A stretch of 64,000 nucleotides of DNA from an uncultured delta proteobacterium (GCA_963778115.1 CAVZSV010000004.1:489904-553903), one strand, 5' to 3'. Counted from the stretch's first letter, positions 27,940-37,107 are shown. Numbers and translations are program-made. The notes: generated from the letters alone by a model not told the origin.

Positions 27940-28000
27940 GGTGCCCGTCGACTTTCAGGACCGTATGCGAAAGTCAGGGTCCTGAAAGTCGACGGGCACC
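27940..28000 (-). terminator. Perfect 23-bp-stem hairpin (15-nt loop), probable terminator of the adhesin-like gene
   Basis: GGTGCCCGTCGACTTTCAGGACC (27940-27962) pairs perfectly with 27978-28000. T-rich tracts lie on both sides (T8 at 27923-27930 in minus-strand sense, TTTTCT on the + strand). Confidence 0.6.
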
Positions 28001-28048
28001 TTTTCTGTTTCTGGCACCTTTTCTCTTTCTGGCACCTTTTCTTTCTTT
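27995..28048. repeat. 18-bp tandem repeat x3 (GGCACCTTTTCTNTTTCT)
   Basis: Read directly. Contiguous units between the hairpin and the stop codon of the 28052 gene. The first unit overlaps the hairpin arm. Confidence 0.7.
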
Positions 28049-28051
28049 TCT

Positions 28052-30355
28052 CTATTGCTGTACGCAGTAGAGAGAATACGTATACCCAGCACATCTAATG
28101 AAACCAATGGGGATCTGATCACCGGGCGCTGCGGAGTTAATAACATTGGCGTCGGTATAAGTGCTAAGACCGACAGTCATCCACACGTTGCTTGTCGCCC
28201 CGCTTGTCCATTTCGCACAGTTGTAAGTGGGGGAAGATGTCCAATCATACTGCAGACCAGTCGCTACCCAGTTAGGATTAGATGCGTTGAAGATTAGGGG
28301 ATTAATTAGAGGAAAATTAAATATTCCAGCGGCATTCGTGACACCGATTTCAAGTCCTCCGGGAGTCGTGTAAACCGTGTAAGGGGACATCACCCACCCT
28401 GTATTTTCTGATGCCCCCCCAGAGCAATTTGAGGTTGTGCAGGCGATGCGTGAACTGCCATCCGAGAGAAGTGCTTTATATGTGGCACTGCCTGAAGGCT
28501 TATTAGGATCGCTAGCACATAATGCGTCTGCGCCGCTTATGCCCCCGAAGTTTCCACTAGTGATTGTGGTTGAGGTTGTAACAAAGATCTTCTTTTGCTG
28601 CGTCACTGCCACGGTCACCGCAATGGTTTGGCTCCCGCTCCCCTGGTTTCCGGCTAAATCTTCAATGGATGACATCGCAATGGTAAGAGTCATGGATTGT
28701 CCCGCCGCACAAACTGCGGTGGAGAAAGACACGGTTATCGATGCAGTTCCGCTACCGGTGACCGAGGAGACCGTCGGGGGAGTGCTGCAGGTGCTAGCCG
28801 TAACATTAAAGTCCGAAGCGACAACATGGACCGCCTCGGAAAAGGTCAGAGCGATACTGCCAGGCATAGCGAGGACTCCAGACCCGTTCGATGTACTGGA
28901 GCTGGATAGCGTTGGTGGCGTGTTATCGACGGTAATGACCAAACTCTCCGGAGAAACGGTCGAAGGATTTCCTAGGCTATCGTGCACGGTTCCCGCATTC
29001 ACATGAACGGTAAGAGTGCCATTGCCGCTGCAGCTACTGAGCGTGATGGTGGCTCCAGCGGTCGAGATGGAACTGACCGCAACGGTGCATGACGGGTTGC
29101 CCGTCACCGGGGTAACGGTAACTCCGCCTCCCGCGGCCGTAAGGGTTCCCGTAAGCACTGTGCCACCGGAGACTGAAGCGACGTAGGTTAAGGCTATAGT
29201 CGATGTTGCTGCAGAATTGATGTCCGTACTACTGGGGTTCGCCAGATTGGCGGATGGACCACTGGTGTCAACCGAGTAGGTGTTAGTTACCGAAGATCCC
29301 GTCCCGCTATTTCCGACCAAGTCCGTAATGGAAGCCGGGTTTACCGTAACGGTTAAGTGTTGCCCATTGGCGCACGTCCCCCCGCTGAGAGCTGCGGTGG
29401 CAACCATACTGCTACTCATGGCAACTGAAGAAACGGTCGGTGCGGTAGTGCAACTCCCCCCTAAAACAAATTTCGAGGTGCTAACCGTAGTCACGGCCTT
29501 ACTAAATGTGGCAACTAGGGTAGTGGGAACTGGATTCACCGTTCCCGTCGCCGGGGCAAGTGTTACTAGTGTGGGACCCGTGTTATCGACGGTAATAATC
29601 GAACTCTCCGGGGAAACGGTCGATGGATTCCCCTCGCTGTCTTGAACGGTCCCCGCATTTACGTGAACGGTAAGGGTGCCATTACCGCTGCAGTTACTCA
29701 GCGTAATGGTAGCTCCCTCAGTGGAGAGGGAACTGACCGCGACGGTGCTGCACAACGGGTTCCCAGTCACCGTCGTCAGGCTAACTCCGCCCCCCGTGGC
29801 AGTAAGGGTCCCCGTTAGCGTTGTGCCTCCGGAAACTGAAGCCGTGAAGGCCACGGGAATGGTTGAGGAACCCGAGGAATTTAAGGTCGTATTACTGGGC
29901 AACCCCAAACTGGCGGACGGCCCCCCCGTATTTACGGTAAATGTTTTGGCAACCGCAGACCCGGTGCCAGCAATTCCAAGTGCATTCGTAACTTTGGTGG
30001 GGTCGAGAGTTACACCAAGACTTTGGCCGTTCGTGCAACTTCCTCCGGTTAAAGTAGCCGTCGCCACGGTGTTACCACTGCTCATAGCGACGGAGGAAAC
30101 CGTCGGCGCCGTCGAACAGGTGCCTCCAATCGTAAATGCCGATGTCGAAATCGTGCTCATGACCTGACTAAAAGTTGCAATAACTGAAGTGGGAGTCGGA
30201 TTTACATATCCGCCCGCGGGCAGCAAAGTAATAAGCGTTGGAGCTGTTTGATTGACAAGCAACGGAGTAGTGGAACGCGTGCAACCGAACAAAAATAAAG
30301 TTGAAGTCCCAAGCAATAATAGGAATACCTGATACGGGGCCCGGAGAATACGCAT
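28052..30355 (-). CDS. Surface lipoprotein with tandem Ig-like repeat modules and a DUF1554-like C-terminal domain (putative adhesin)
   Basis: 767 aa. Signal plus LFGC lipobox. Two ~220-aa near-identical modules and a third degenerate one (Thr/Ser/Gly/Val-rich, each ending VDNTxPT). The C-terminus KKIFVTTSTT..GNFGGISGADALC...YKALLSDG resembles DUF1554. Confidence 0.7.
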   Translation of the reverse strand: MRILRAPYQVFLLLLGTSTLFLFGCTRSTTPLLVNQTAPTLITLLPAGGYVNPTPTSVIATFSQVMSTISTSAFTIGGTCSTAPTVSSVAMSSGNTVATATLTGGSCTNGQSLGVTLDPTKVTNALGIAGTGSAVAKTFTVNTGGPSASLGLPSNTTLNSSGSSTIPVAFTASVSGGTTLTGTLTATGGGVSLTTVTGNPLCSTVAVSSLSTEGATITLSNCSGNGTLTVHVNAGTVQDSEGNPSTVSPESSIITVDNTGPTLVTLAPATGTVNPVPTTLVATFSKAVTTVSTSKFVLGGSCTTAPTVSSVAMSSSMVATAALSGGTCANGQHLTVTVNPASITDLVGNSGTGSSVTNTYSVDTSGPSANLANPSSTDINSAATSTIALTYVASVSGGTVLTGTLTAAGGGVTVTPVTGNPSCTVAVSSISTAGATITLSSCSGNGTLTVHVNAGTVHDSLGNPSTVSPESLVITVDNTPPTLSSSSTSNGSGVLAMPGSIALTFSEAVHVVASDFNVTASTCSTPPTVSSVTGSGTASITVSFSTAVCAAGQSMTLTIAMSSIEDLAGNQGSGSQTIAVTVAVTQQKKIFVTTSTTITSGNFGGISGADALCASDPNKPSGSATYKALLSDGSSRIACTTSNCSGGASENTGWVMSPYTVYTTPGGLEIGVTNAAGIFNFPLINPLIFNASNPNWVATGLQYDWTSSPTYNCAKWTSGATSNVWMTVGLSTYTDANVINSAAPGDQIPIGFIRCAGYTYSLYCVQQ
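28915..30235. repeat. Intragenic ~660-bp tandem duplication (2 copies)
   Basis: Example: TGTTATCGACGGTAAT..CTCTCCGG.GAAACGGTCGA at 28921 and 29581. The protein modules are collinear. Confidence 0.7.
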
Positions 30356-30494
30356 AAAAAATCCTCACTACACTGACAACATTGCGCTCTGTTTCTAGTT
30401 ATCGACATGTCAGGAAAATTACTTGCAGAGCTCGAGGCATCACTGAGAATATGAGAAAAATTCCACAATTATTACTGAGGAAAATGGCCCAAGT

Positions 30495-30516
30495 GGTGCC
30501 CGTCGACTTTCAGGAC
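30495..30516. repeat. Third copy of the 22-nt motif GGTGCCCGTCGACTTTCAGGAC
   Basis: Identical to 27940-27961 and reverse-complementary to 27979-28000. Lies 140 nt upstream of the adhesin-like gene start. Confidence 0.8.
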
Positions 30517-30698
30517 TCTCGCAGTGGGGCAAACCAAGGTCCCGAAATTCTCCAGGAGAGTGACACCTTGTCGGAGTTCTCCGCTTCAAATTATCGGAGA
30601 GATACCAAAGCGGATATGCCGGTTGAGATTAATAGTAATTTTAAGATTAATCGTTAATCATTTTCCGTGAGGCTTGTAGGTATCCGAAATCTCAAATA

Positions 30699-30740
30699 TC
30701 GGGGTGGCCGGATTTGAACCGGCGACCTCTTCGTCCCGAA
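30699..30740. repeat. Island attachment-site repeat (distal copy, partial tRNA-Pro 3' portion)
   Basis: The 42 nt TCGGGGTGGCCGGATTTGAACCGGCGACCTCTTCGTCCCGAA are identical to 45216-45257. Confidence 0.85.
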
Positions 30741-30869
30741 AGGTATTTGGCCCAAAACCTCAATAATCCCCAATAAACTTCGGCGAACAATAAAGCACAA
30801 GATATTAAAAGCTTATAGGCAGTTCCAAAGTTCTGTGTTAGTCACCATAAGATACTGAAGTACACCGAT

Positions 30870-30892
30870 TTTGGACTTAAGGTGGACTTACG
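30870..30892 (+). promoter_or_regulatory. 23-bp repeat TTTGGACTTAAGGTGGACTTACG (candidate integrase arm-type site), copy 1
   Basis: Identical copy at 45145-45167 in the same orientation. Contains an internal GGACTTA x2. Ends 13 nt before the int ATG. Confidence 0.4.
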
Positions 30893-30905
30893 GAGTGGGG
30901 ACACC

Positions 30906-32177
30906 ATGAAAGCAAAGATTGGGAACCGCCTTTTAGACTCCCTGAAAACCGAAGCGAAGGCGTACGAAGTGTGTGATACCGAACTTGCGGGCTTCATGGT
31001 CCGCGTCCAACCCTCCGGTGCAATGACATATATATGCAGCTACCGGCTTAAGGACGGACGCCGCCAGAGGATGACGCTCGGGAGAACATCGCTCTTCACT
31101 CCTACCCAAGCACGTGACTGGGCCTTCTCTATTATGGCCGACGTGAGAAAAGGATTGGATCCGGCGTCCTCCAGAAAAACTGCGAAGGCAGAATCGCTCC
31201 TAATTTTCCTGGACGAGATATACGGACCGTGGGTATCGGCCCATCGAAAAAGAGGCAAGGAAACGCTTAAGCGCCTTAAATCCTATTTTTCAGATTTTCT
31301 GCGAAAGCCCATATGTGAGATCACGCCGTGGGCAATTGAAAAGTGGCGCACCCAAAAACGAAAAGACGGATTGAAGCCGATCAGCGTAAACCGCGAGTTG
31401 TCCGCTCTGAGATCCGCTCTGTCTAAGGCTGTAGAGTGGGGGCTGATCGAGACCCATCCTTTGGCGAAGGTAAAACCCTTCAAAACGGACAAGAAAGGAA
31501 TCGTCCGCTACCTAAGTGAAGAGGAAGAGGGCCGTCTGCGCATTGCACTGGATGATCGTGAAGAGAAGCTGCGCGTTGCTAGAGATAGTGCGAATGAATG
31601 GAGGAGGATCCGCGACTATCCTGAATATCCGAACTTACGCAGCCAATACTTTGCTGATTATCTGAAACCACTGGTCATCCTATCAATTAACACCGGACTG
31701 AGACGAGGCGAGCTTCTCAGTTTGTCGTGGCGGAACGTCGACTTTACCCGATCCGTACTAACGGTAGCTGGGACCGCAGCTAAGAGCGGAAGTACACGCC
31801 ACATTCCTCTGAATAAAGAGGCTCGACTTCTTCTCGGAGAATGGAAACATCAGCACCCCACCTTGCCCGACGCGTTTCTATTCACGAACGGAAGCGGCGA
31901 GCGGCTTGGTGAACTAAGGAAATCATGGCATAGCCTTCTGGCGCGCGCAAAGATCGAGAATTTTCGATGGCACGACTTGAGACACCACTTCGCAAGCAAG
32001 CTCGTCATGGCAGGGGTTGATCTAAATACCGTAAGAGAGCTTCTTGGGCACGCCGATATTACGATGACCCTGCGCTACGCCCACTTAGCCCCCCACATTA
32101 CAGCAGCAGCCGTAGAAAAAATTCAGTGGCAGCCGAAACCCCTTCAAGCTTTGGAACCCACTTGTGCCGAAGCCTAA
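30906..32177 (+). CDS. int: Tyrosine recombinase/integrase, P4-like with DUF4102 arm-binding N-terminus
   Basis: The N-terminus AYEVCDTELAGFMVRVQPSGAMTYICSYRLKDGRRQRMTLG is DUF4102-like. Catalytic blocks RRGELLSL, WHDLRHHFAS, LLGHADITMTLRYAH. ATG 30906 follows a GGAG; the ORF track starts at GTG 30882. Confidence 0.9.
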   Translation: MKAKIGNRLLDSLKTEAKAYEVCDTELAGFMVRVQPSGAMTYICSYRLKDGRRQRMTLGRTSLFTPTQARDWAFSIMADVRKGLDPASSRKTAKAESLLIFLDEIYGPWVSAHRKRGKETLKRLKSYFSDFLRKPICEITPWAIEKWRTQKRKDGLKPISVNRELSALRSALSKAVEWGLIETHPLAKVKPFKTDKKGIVRYLSEEEEGRLRIALDDREEKLRVARDSANEWRRIRDYPEYPNLRSQYFADYLKPLVILSINTGLRRGELLSLSWRNVDFTRSVLTVAGTAAKSGSTRHIPLNKEARLLLGEWKHQHPTLPDAFLFTNGSGERLGELRKSWHSLLARAKIENFRWHDLRHHFASKLVMAGVDLNTVRELLGHADITMTLRYAHLAPHITAAAVEKIQWQPKPLQALEPTCAEA

Positions 32178-32985
32178 AAAGCCATTAGGGTCAAATTCCG
32201 GCAATGCACAGTTGAAAAAGGAAATACTCGCGCTTGTCGGCTACAAATCGGGCTTCGATTCGGGTGCCTTGGAACTTCTTGGCGAGATCGGCCTGTTGGG
32301 AAAATGGCACCCAGAACAGAAATCCCGAATGGATCCCGGCCCCAGGGCCGCTGAAAGAGCGCAAGTTAATTCAATGATCGAGAGCATAAGCGAGACCCTT
32401 TCTAAGTTCGATACCTTAGGGGAAAACATAGTTCGAGGAATTGGTTTTCAAAACTACGAGGGGAAGTTCCTAAACCGAATCGATCGAAGAGCTTTCGAAA
32501 GACGAAACCTCCGGTATCCACCAATACCTCGCCGTTCAAAAGGATCCCTTTTAAAACGTGTGATACGGCCATTTTTTAGCGGATCTATCCGCGATCCATT
32601 TTTCTTAACAAAATTAATCCTAACCCTATCGAAGAGAGACTTTTTGAAGCTAAGAAAGAAATATGCTTCCCTACCAACCAGGAGCGGACCGACAAAAAAC
32701 GCCGAGCACTACTTAGAACAGCAGCTTTTCAAGCTTTTTGATACGTATTGCACGGATGAAGATTTCTCGCGCGAGGGAATGATTGAAAACGAATACGTGA
32801 ATCGAAAAGCTAAATTCGTTTATTTATCCATGAAGACTGTAGGTGTATCCCCTCGCGACTTAGGTTCTGCAAATCGAGGAACAAAATATTCGGGGAGATT
32901 GGGAAGAGCCGCTTTCGAGCATTCAAAAGACCCAATGTCATGGTTAACAGCCCATTCTGTACGCGTCGGAGTTATAAATAAGTAG
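32164..32985 (+). CDS. Hypothetical basic protein (island)
   Basis: 273-aa ORF with a GTG start that overlaps the int stop by 14 nt. No motif recognised. Confidence 0.45.
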   Translation: MPKPKKPLGSNSGNAQLKKEILALVGYKSGFDSGALELLGEIGLLGKWHPEQKSRMDPGPRAAERAQVNSMIESISETLSKFDTLGENIVRGIGFQNYEGKFLNRIDRRAFERRNLRYPPIPRRSKGSLLKRVIRPFFSGSIRDPFFLTKLILTLSKRDFLKLRKKYASLPTRSGPTKNAEHYLEQQLFKLFDTYCTDEDFSREGMIENEYVNRKAKFVYLSMKTVGVSPRDLGSANRGTKYSGRLGRAAFEHSKDPMSWLTAHSVRVGVINK

Positions 32986-33110
32986 CCATTACAATACTTT
33001 GACAGTTGAACCCACCAATTTCGTTTTTTAACCGTCCGAATCGATTTTCCAAAGGCGGTAGATATCCCTACACGATCCGGAATGAACCGAATCGCTAGCG
33101 GAGATATCAC

Positions 33111-33329
33111 ATGGTACCAAAATCAATCTTCAACGAAAAAGAGGCCGCCGAATACCTGGGGCTCTCACCCTCCACATTGAGACAAAGTCGATTTCACGGA
33201 AAAAGAGAAAAACACTTACCTCCTCCACCGTTTATCAAAGTAGGAAGGTGCATTAGATACCTAAGAAATGACCTAGACTTATGGCTAAATAAACATCGAA
33301 TTGAGCAACAAGAAGGTCAGAGCCGATGA
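33111..33329 (+). CDS. AlpA/excisionase-like helix-turn-helix regulator
   Basis: 72 aa. EAAEYLGLSPSTLRQSR...FIKVGRCIRYLRNDLDLWL is an HTH_17/AlpA pattern. ATGA overlap with the primase gene. Confidence 0.7.
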   Translation: MVPKSIFNEKEAAEYLGLSPSTLRQSRFHGKREKHLPPPPFIKVGRCIRYLRNDLDLWLNKHRIEQQEGQSR

Positions 33330-35797
33330 AGCACATCGATGAAGCTCTATCCGAAATTAAGCAAAGAGGCTATCAACTCCAGAGCATTGAGCCAGATGGA
33401 ATTATTCACCGTTTCGGTCCGAAACTAGCGCAATGGTATGTAGCTTATGAAAATCAAAATCAGAACGGCGTCCCATACATCGTAGTGACCTATGGCGACT
33501 GGCGCACCGAAGAAAAACTTACTTTCACTACAGGGAAGCTCGAACTAGCACCGCAAGATAGATCTCGTATCCGGGAGCAGATCGACGTAAGTAAAGTTGA
33601 AGCAGAGAAAGCACGAGAGGATTTGCAGACTGAGATTGCTATCGAATGCGAACAAAAATGGGAATCTCTGGCCGCAGAAGGAGATTCTCCCTATTTCGGC
33701 CGAAAACAAATCACGGGACCGCTCGGTGCCAGATTTGACGGACAAACAATATGCGTCCCGTGTCGAGACATTGATGGGAAAATTTGGTCTCTTCAGCACA
33801 TCAATCCGGATGGTAGCAAATATTTTTCCCGCTCGGGAAAAGTAAGAGGGCACTTTCACGTCATCGGAGACTTGGAGCACTCTTCAACGTTCTATATAGG
33901 AGAGGGATTCGCCACTATGGCTTCGGTGCATATCGCCATGCGGCGCACATGCATCGTCGCTTTTAACTCCGGTAATCTCATCCATGTCGCGCAAACGATA
34001 AAGGAGCGCTATCCCGATAGCCAACTCGTAATTTGTGGCGATGACGATAGATGGACAAAAAAAACCGACGGCACCTTCCACAATATAGGAAGGATTAAGG
34101 CAAAAAAAGCAGCAAAAGAGACGAAGTCGCTCGTGGTATTTCCAAAATTTTCCGATTCCACATCCAAGCCTACCGACTTTAACGACCTTTACTGCCTTGA
34201 AGGAATAGAGGCCGTCATCGAACAACTAACGCTAGATGTAGAAAATCCCACTCAAAAGGAAAAGCCACCCTCGCAAGCCACGATCCTAATCGCACTCTGC
34301 CGAACTATTGATCTGTTTCATTCGCCGGATGGAGACGCGTATGCGACATTTGAAGTCGGTAACCACAAGGAGACTTGGGCATTGAAAAGTAAGGGATTCA
34401 GGGAATGGCTCTCGCGACAATATTACTTAAATGAACGAGCCGCCCCAAGTTCCCAGGCAATGCAGGACGCTTTAGGGGTATTGTCAGCCAAGGCAAATTT
34501 CGATGGGGACGAGATACCGGTCTTCCTTCGAATAGCCAAGCACGAAGGAAACATTTACCTCGACCTTTGCAACGCCGATTGGGAAGTAGTTGAAATAACC
34601 TCAACCGGATGGAATGTAATTTCTAACTCGCCGGTCAGGTTTCAAAGGTCAAAAGGAATGCTGCCCATCTCTTCCCCCGAGCACGTCGAATGCGCCACAG
34701 GCGTCACAGAGTTACAAAGTTTCCTGAATGTGGAAACGAAAGATGACTTCATGTTGTTACTTGCCTGGTTAGTGAGTGCATACAATCCTGATGGGCCATA
34801 TCTGGTGCTCGTTTTGTATGGCGAGCAAGGTTCTGCCAAGAGCACAACCGTAAAGCTTCTGCGTTCACTGATAGACCCGCACGCTTGTCCCTTACGTCGG
34901 GAGCCACGTAACTCCGATGACCTAATGGTCTCCGCTAGGAGCAATTGGACGGTTGTGATCGATAATATGTCTCACTTACCGGATGGTTTATCGGACGATT
35001 TCTGCCGCCTTGCCACGGGTGGGGGGCTTTCCAAGCGTCAGCACTACTCCAATGACGAAGAAATCATTTTGAATGCTAAGCGTCCGATAATCTTGAATGG
35101 CATCGACGAATTTGTAACTCGCGGTGACCTTACCAGCCGTTCAATTACAATCAGTCTACCTTCCATCCCAGAGGCGGAACGTAAGCGTGAGGAGATAATT
35201 AGGAAGGAATTTTCGGAAGCCCAGCAACGATTCTTAGGACTGGTCCTCAATGCAATTTCAACATCCCTGGCGAACAAGGACAAATTCGAGTTAGAGAAGG
35301 TGCCGCGTATGGCGGACGCTTGGCATTTCATCACCGCTGCTGAAACGGCCTTTGGTTGGGAGCGCGGTCTATCGCTGAAAGCATTTCTCGCGAATCAAGA
35401 GAAGGCCAACGAAGTCATTCTTAATAATTCAATCGTTTACCCCTACATTTTCGCTTTAGCAGGAGATGGCTGGGAGGGGACTGCCACAGAACTTCTCGAC
35501 AGGATGAACATTATGCGGAGCGCAACTCAATGCAAAGATTATAAGACTTGGCCGACGATCCCCAAATCTTTGTCAGATCGAATTCGTAGGATCAATCCGG
35601 CTCTACGAAGCTCCGGAATCGAAGTAATCTTTGATAAGACGTCTGGCAACGATTCAAAACGAATGATTCACATCAAAAAATTATCGAACCACTGCGACGC
35701 CAGCGACGCTTCGACGCAACCTAATCGAAATGGCGACGCATGCGTCGAACACGTCGAAAAAAAACGTGAAACTTCTGAAGAGCGATTTGACATATGA
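33326..35797 (+). CDS. Bifunctional primase-helicase (Toprim domain + P-loop NTPase; P4 alpha / DUF927-like)
   Basis: Toprim block YIGEGFATMASV...VICGDDDRW. Walker A LYGEQGSAKST. Walker B-like VVIDNMSH. Confidence 0.8.
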   Translation: MKHIDEALSEIKQRGYQLQSIEPDGIIHRFGPKLAQWYVAYENQNQNGVPYIVVTYGDWRTEEKLTFTTGKLELAPQDRSRIREQIDVSKVEAEKAREDLQTEIAIECEQKWESLAAEGDSPYFGRKQITGPLGARFDGQTICVPCRDIDGKIWSLQHINPDGSKYFSRSGKVRGHFHVIGDLEHSSTFYIGEGFATMASVHIAMRRTCIVAFNSGNLIHVAQTIKERYPDSQLVICGDDDRWTKKTDGTFHNIGRIKAKKAAKETKSLVVFPKFSDSTSKPTDFNDLYCLEGIEAVIEQLTLDVENPTQKEKPPSQATILIALCRTIDLFHSPDGDAYATFEVGNHKETWALKSKGFREWLSRQYYLNERAAPSSQAMQDALGVLSAKANFDGDEIPVFLRIAKHEGNIYLDLCNADWEVVEITSTGWNVISNSPVRFQRSKGMLPISSPEHVECATGVTELQSFLNVETKDDFMLLLAWLVSAYNPDGPYLVLVLYGEQGSAKSTTVKLLRSLIDPHACPLRREPRNSDDLMVSARSNWTVVIDNMSHLPDGLSDDFCRLATGGGLSKRQHYSNDEEIILNAKRPIILNGIDEFVTRGDLTSRSITISLPSIPEAERKREEIIRKEFSEAQQRFLGLVLNAISTSLANKDKFELEKVPRMADAWHFITAAETAFGWERGLSLKAFLANQEKANEVILNNSIVYPYIFALAGDGWEGTATELLDRMNIMRSATQCKDYKTWPTIPKSLSDRIRRINPALRSSGIEVIFDKTSGNDSKRMIHIKKLSNHCDASDASTQPNRNGDACVEHVEKKRETSEERFDI

Positions 35798-36099
35798 GCG
35801 CCCACCAATTTCTTCAGGAGCTGAACAGTCTCGGCATACGGGTTAAGTCGGTGGGAGAGAATTTGAGTGTGGCAGCTCCCAAAGGCGCGGTCACAGAATA
35901 TATATTGAAAAGACTAGCCACCATGAAAAGGGAGCTTCTAGTAATTTGCCCACCGGAAATTCCGGCTCTTCCAATCGATACCGTATATTCCTTTTTGTCG
36001 GACTGCATAGAAACAACTCCGTCGGAAGGATGGAACTTTCCCGACCGGCCTAAGTACACGGTGCGCGAGCTGGCGCTTTATGCTGTGTTCTGTGAATGA
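35794..36099 (+). CDS. Small island protein with TubC_N-like N-terminal motif
   Basis: 101 aa. ATGA overlap with the primase. FLQELNSLGIRVKSVGENLSVAAPKGAVTEYILKRLATMKRELL resembles the TubC_N-type docking/winged motif. Confidence 0.45.
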   Translation: MSAHQFLQELNSLGIRVKSVGENLSVAAPKGAVTEYILKRLATMKRELLVICPPEIPALPIDTVYSFLSDCIETTPSEGWNFPDRPKYTVRELALYAVFCE

Positions 36100-36295
36100 T
36101 CACGGCGGATAGGTCAGATATCTCAGTGCATTGAGGTATTCAACTATTGCGTTAGATGCTTACTGCCACACGCCAGATTTCTTCCCGGCTGGACCTGGGA
36201 TGGAAGAAAAAATTACGTATGGATAGGTTTCCGATGCACGAAGCTAGGATAAAAACAGAAAGATACCGTTGTCTTCTTTTCCAATGAAAGGTTTC

Positions 36296-36907
36296 CTATT
36301 TCGATTCTCGCTTCGAAATTTCAACTGGCTGCGTTGGTCCCGCCATCTGCCATATCTCTTCGAACCTATCTCGATACCGCTTAACAATCTCCGGATTGGC
36401 AATATAAATCTGGTTCTCGTTGTTCGCTTTGCTAGCGTGATTAGTGAAATTGAATGACCCGGTTTCGATCATCCGCCCGTCTACGATGGCAAATTTATTG
36501 TGCATGATGCCTCGCTGCCGACCAGAACGAACATTTGCCCCTGCTTTAATCAGTAACGGCACTAAGGAATGTAGACCCTTTGCTTGGCGGGTATCCACGA
36601 TTATGCGTACCTGTAGCTTCTTAGAAGCCAGTAGGAGCTGATGCACAAGTTGGTCCAAATTTATGTCGTAGATAGCGATGTCGACGGATTTCTGTGCCAT
36701 TTCGATAAACTTAATAAGCTTCAAGTCACATGGCTCTTCGGGAGAAAAACAAACTTCCCCATCTTTTGGAGGCGTAATCACTTTACTGAGGGTCCCCTCT
36801 TCCACTTTATCAACGACGCCCGCCCCATTCCCGGCAAAAGTGAGATTTGGTGACAATAGTAAGGACAGAAAGTTCAGGACGAAAAAAACAAATGATCCCA
36901 TTTTCAT
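36296..36907 (-). CDS. nuc: Secreted phospholipase-D-family endonuclease (Nuc-like, single HKD)
   Basis: HKD motif MHNKFAIVDG plus GSFNFT. Signal peptide MKMGSFVFFVLNFLSLLLSPNLTFA. Start M13 of the tracked ORF forms an ATGA overlap with the upstream RHH gene. Confidence 0.8.
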   Translation of the reverse strand: MKMGSFVFFVLNFLSLLLSPNLTFAGNGAGVVDKVEEGTLSKVITPPKDGEVCFSPEEPCDLKLIKFIEMAQKSVDIAIYDINLDQLVHQLLLASKKLQVRIIVDTRQAKGLHSLVPLLIKAGANVRSGRQRGIMHNKFAIVDGRMIETGSFNFTNHASKANNENQIYIANPEIVKRYRDRFEEIWQMAGPTQPVEISKRESK

Positions 36908-37107
36908 TTTCCGCGCTCCTTCTCTATCTGTTTCCGGCTCCATATAACAAATTGATCCAGCGCTGTCTGAATAACGTCAGTCGTTGTCCATCCGTATTCA
37001 TCGGCAAGCGCGTCCAATGCCTTCATTAGGCGGACCGGTAGCCGCATTGACATCATTTTCTTTTCTCCCTGAGTAAACTCTCTTTTTGGTAGATTAAACT
37101 TTGCCAC
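36904..37107 (-). CDS. Ribbon-helix-helix (CopG/Arc-like) regulator
   Basis: 67 aa. MSMRLPVRLMKALDALADEYGWTTTDVIQTALDQFV is an RHH pattern. GTG start preceded by AAGGAGA. Confidence 0.6.
   Translation of the reverse strand: MAKFNLPKREFTQGEKKMMSMRLPVRLMKALDALADEYGWTTTDVIQTALDQFVIWSRKQIEKERGK

Noticed and set aside
27995-28048. CRISPR-like array
   Set aside because: Only three 18-bp units are present. They are directly contiguous with no spacers, and no cas genes are nearby. This is a simple tandem repeat.
27837-28146. ORFs of 62-85 aa across the hairpin/tandem-repeat region
   Set aside because: The translations are just the repeats (KRCQKEKRCQKQKRC; FLFLAPFLFLAPF). There are no start-site signals, so these are structural DNA/RNA elements.
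28437-30167. Plus-strand ORFs of 121-189 aa inside the adhesin-like gene
   Set aside because: They lie antisense to a strongly supported repeat-rich CDS. Their openness follows from the biased Thr/Ser/Gly/Val codon composition.
30382-30657. 91-aa ORF between the adhesin-like gene and attL
   Set aside because: It contains the 22-nt repeat copy, has no SD and shows no protein-like features. It is probably non-coding leader or promoter DNA.
30699-30740. A second tRNA gene
   Set aside because: Only the 3' 42 nt (anticodon loop to discriminator) are present. There is no 5' half, D-arm or CCA. This is the att duplication.
35092-35099. Additional CCGATAA matches (also at 40250-40257 and 5611-5618) as sigma28 promoters
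   Set aside because: All are intragenic, lack a TAAA element at the correct spacing, and are not followed by a gene start.
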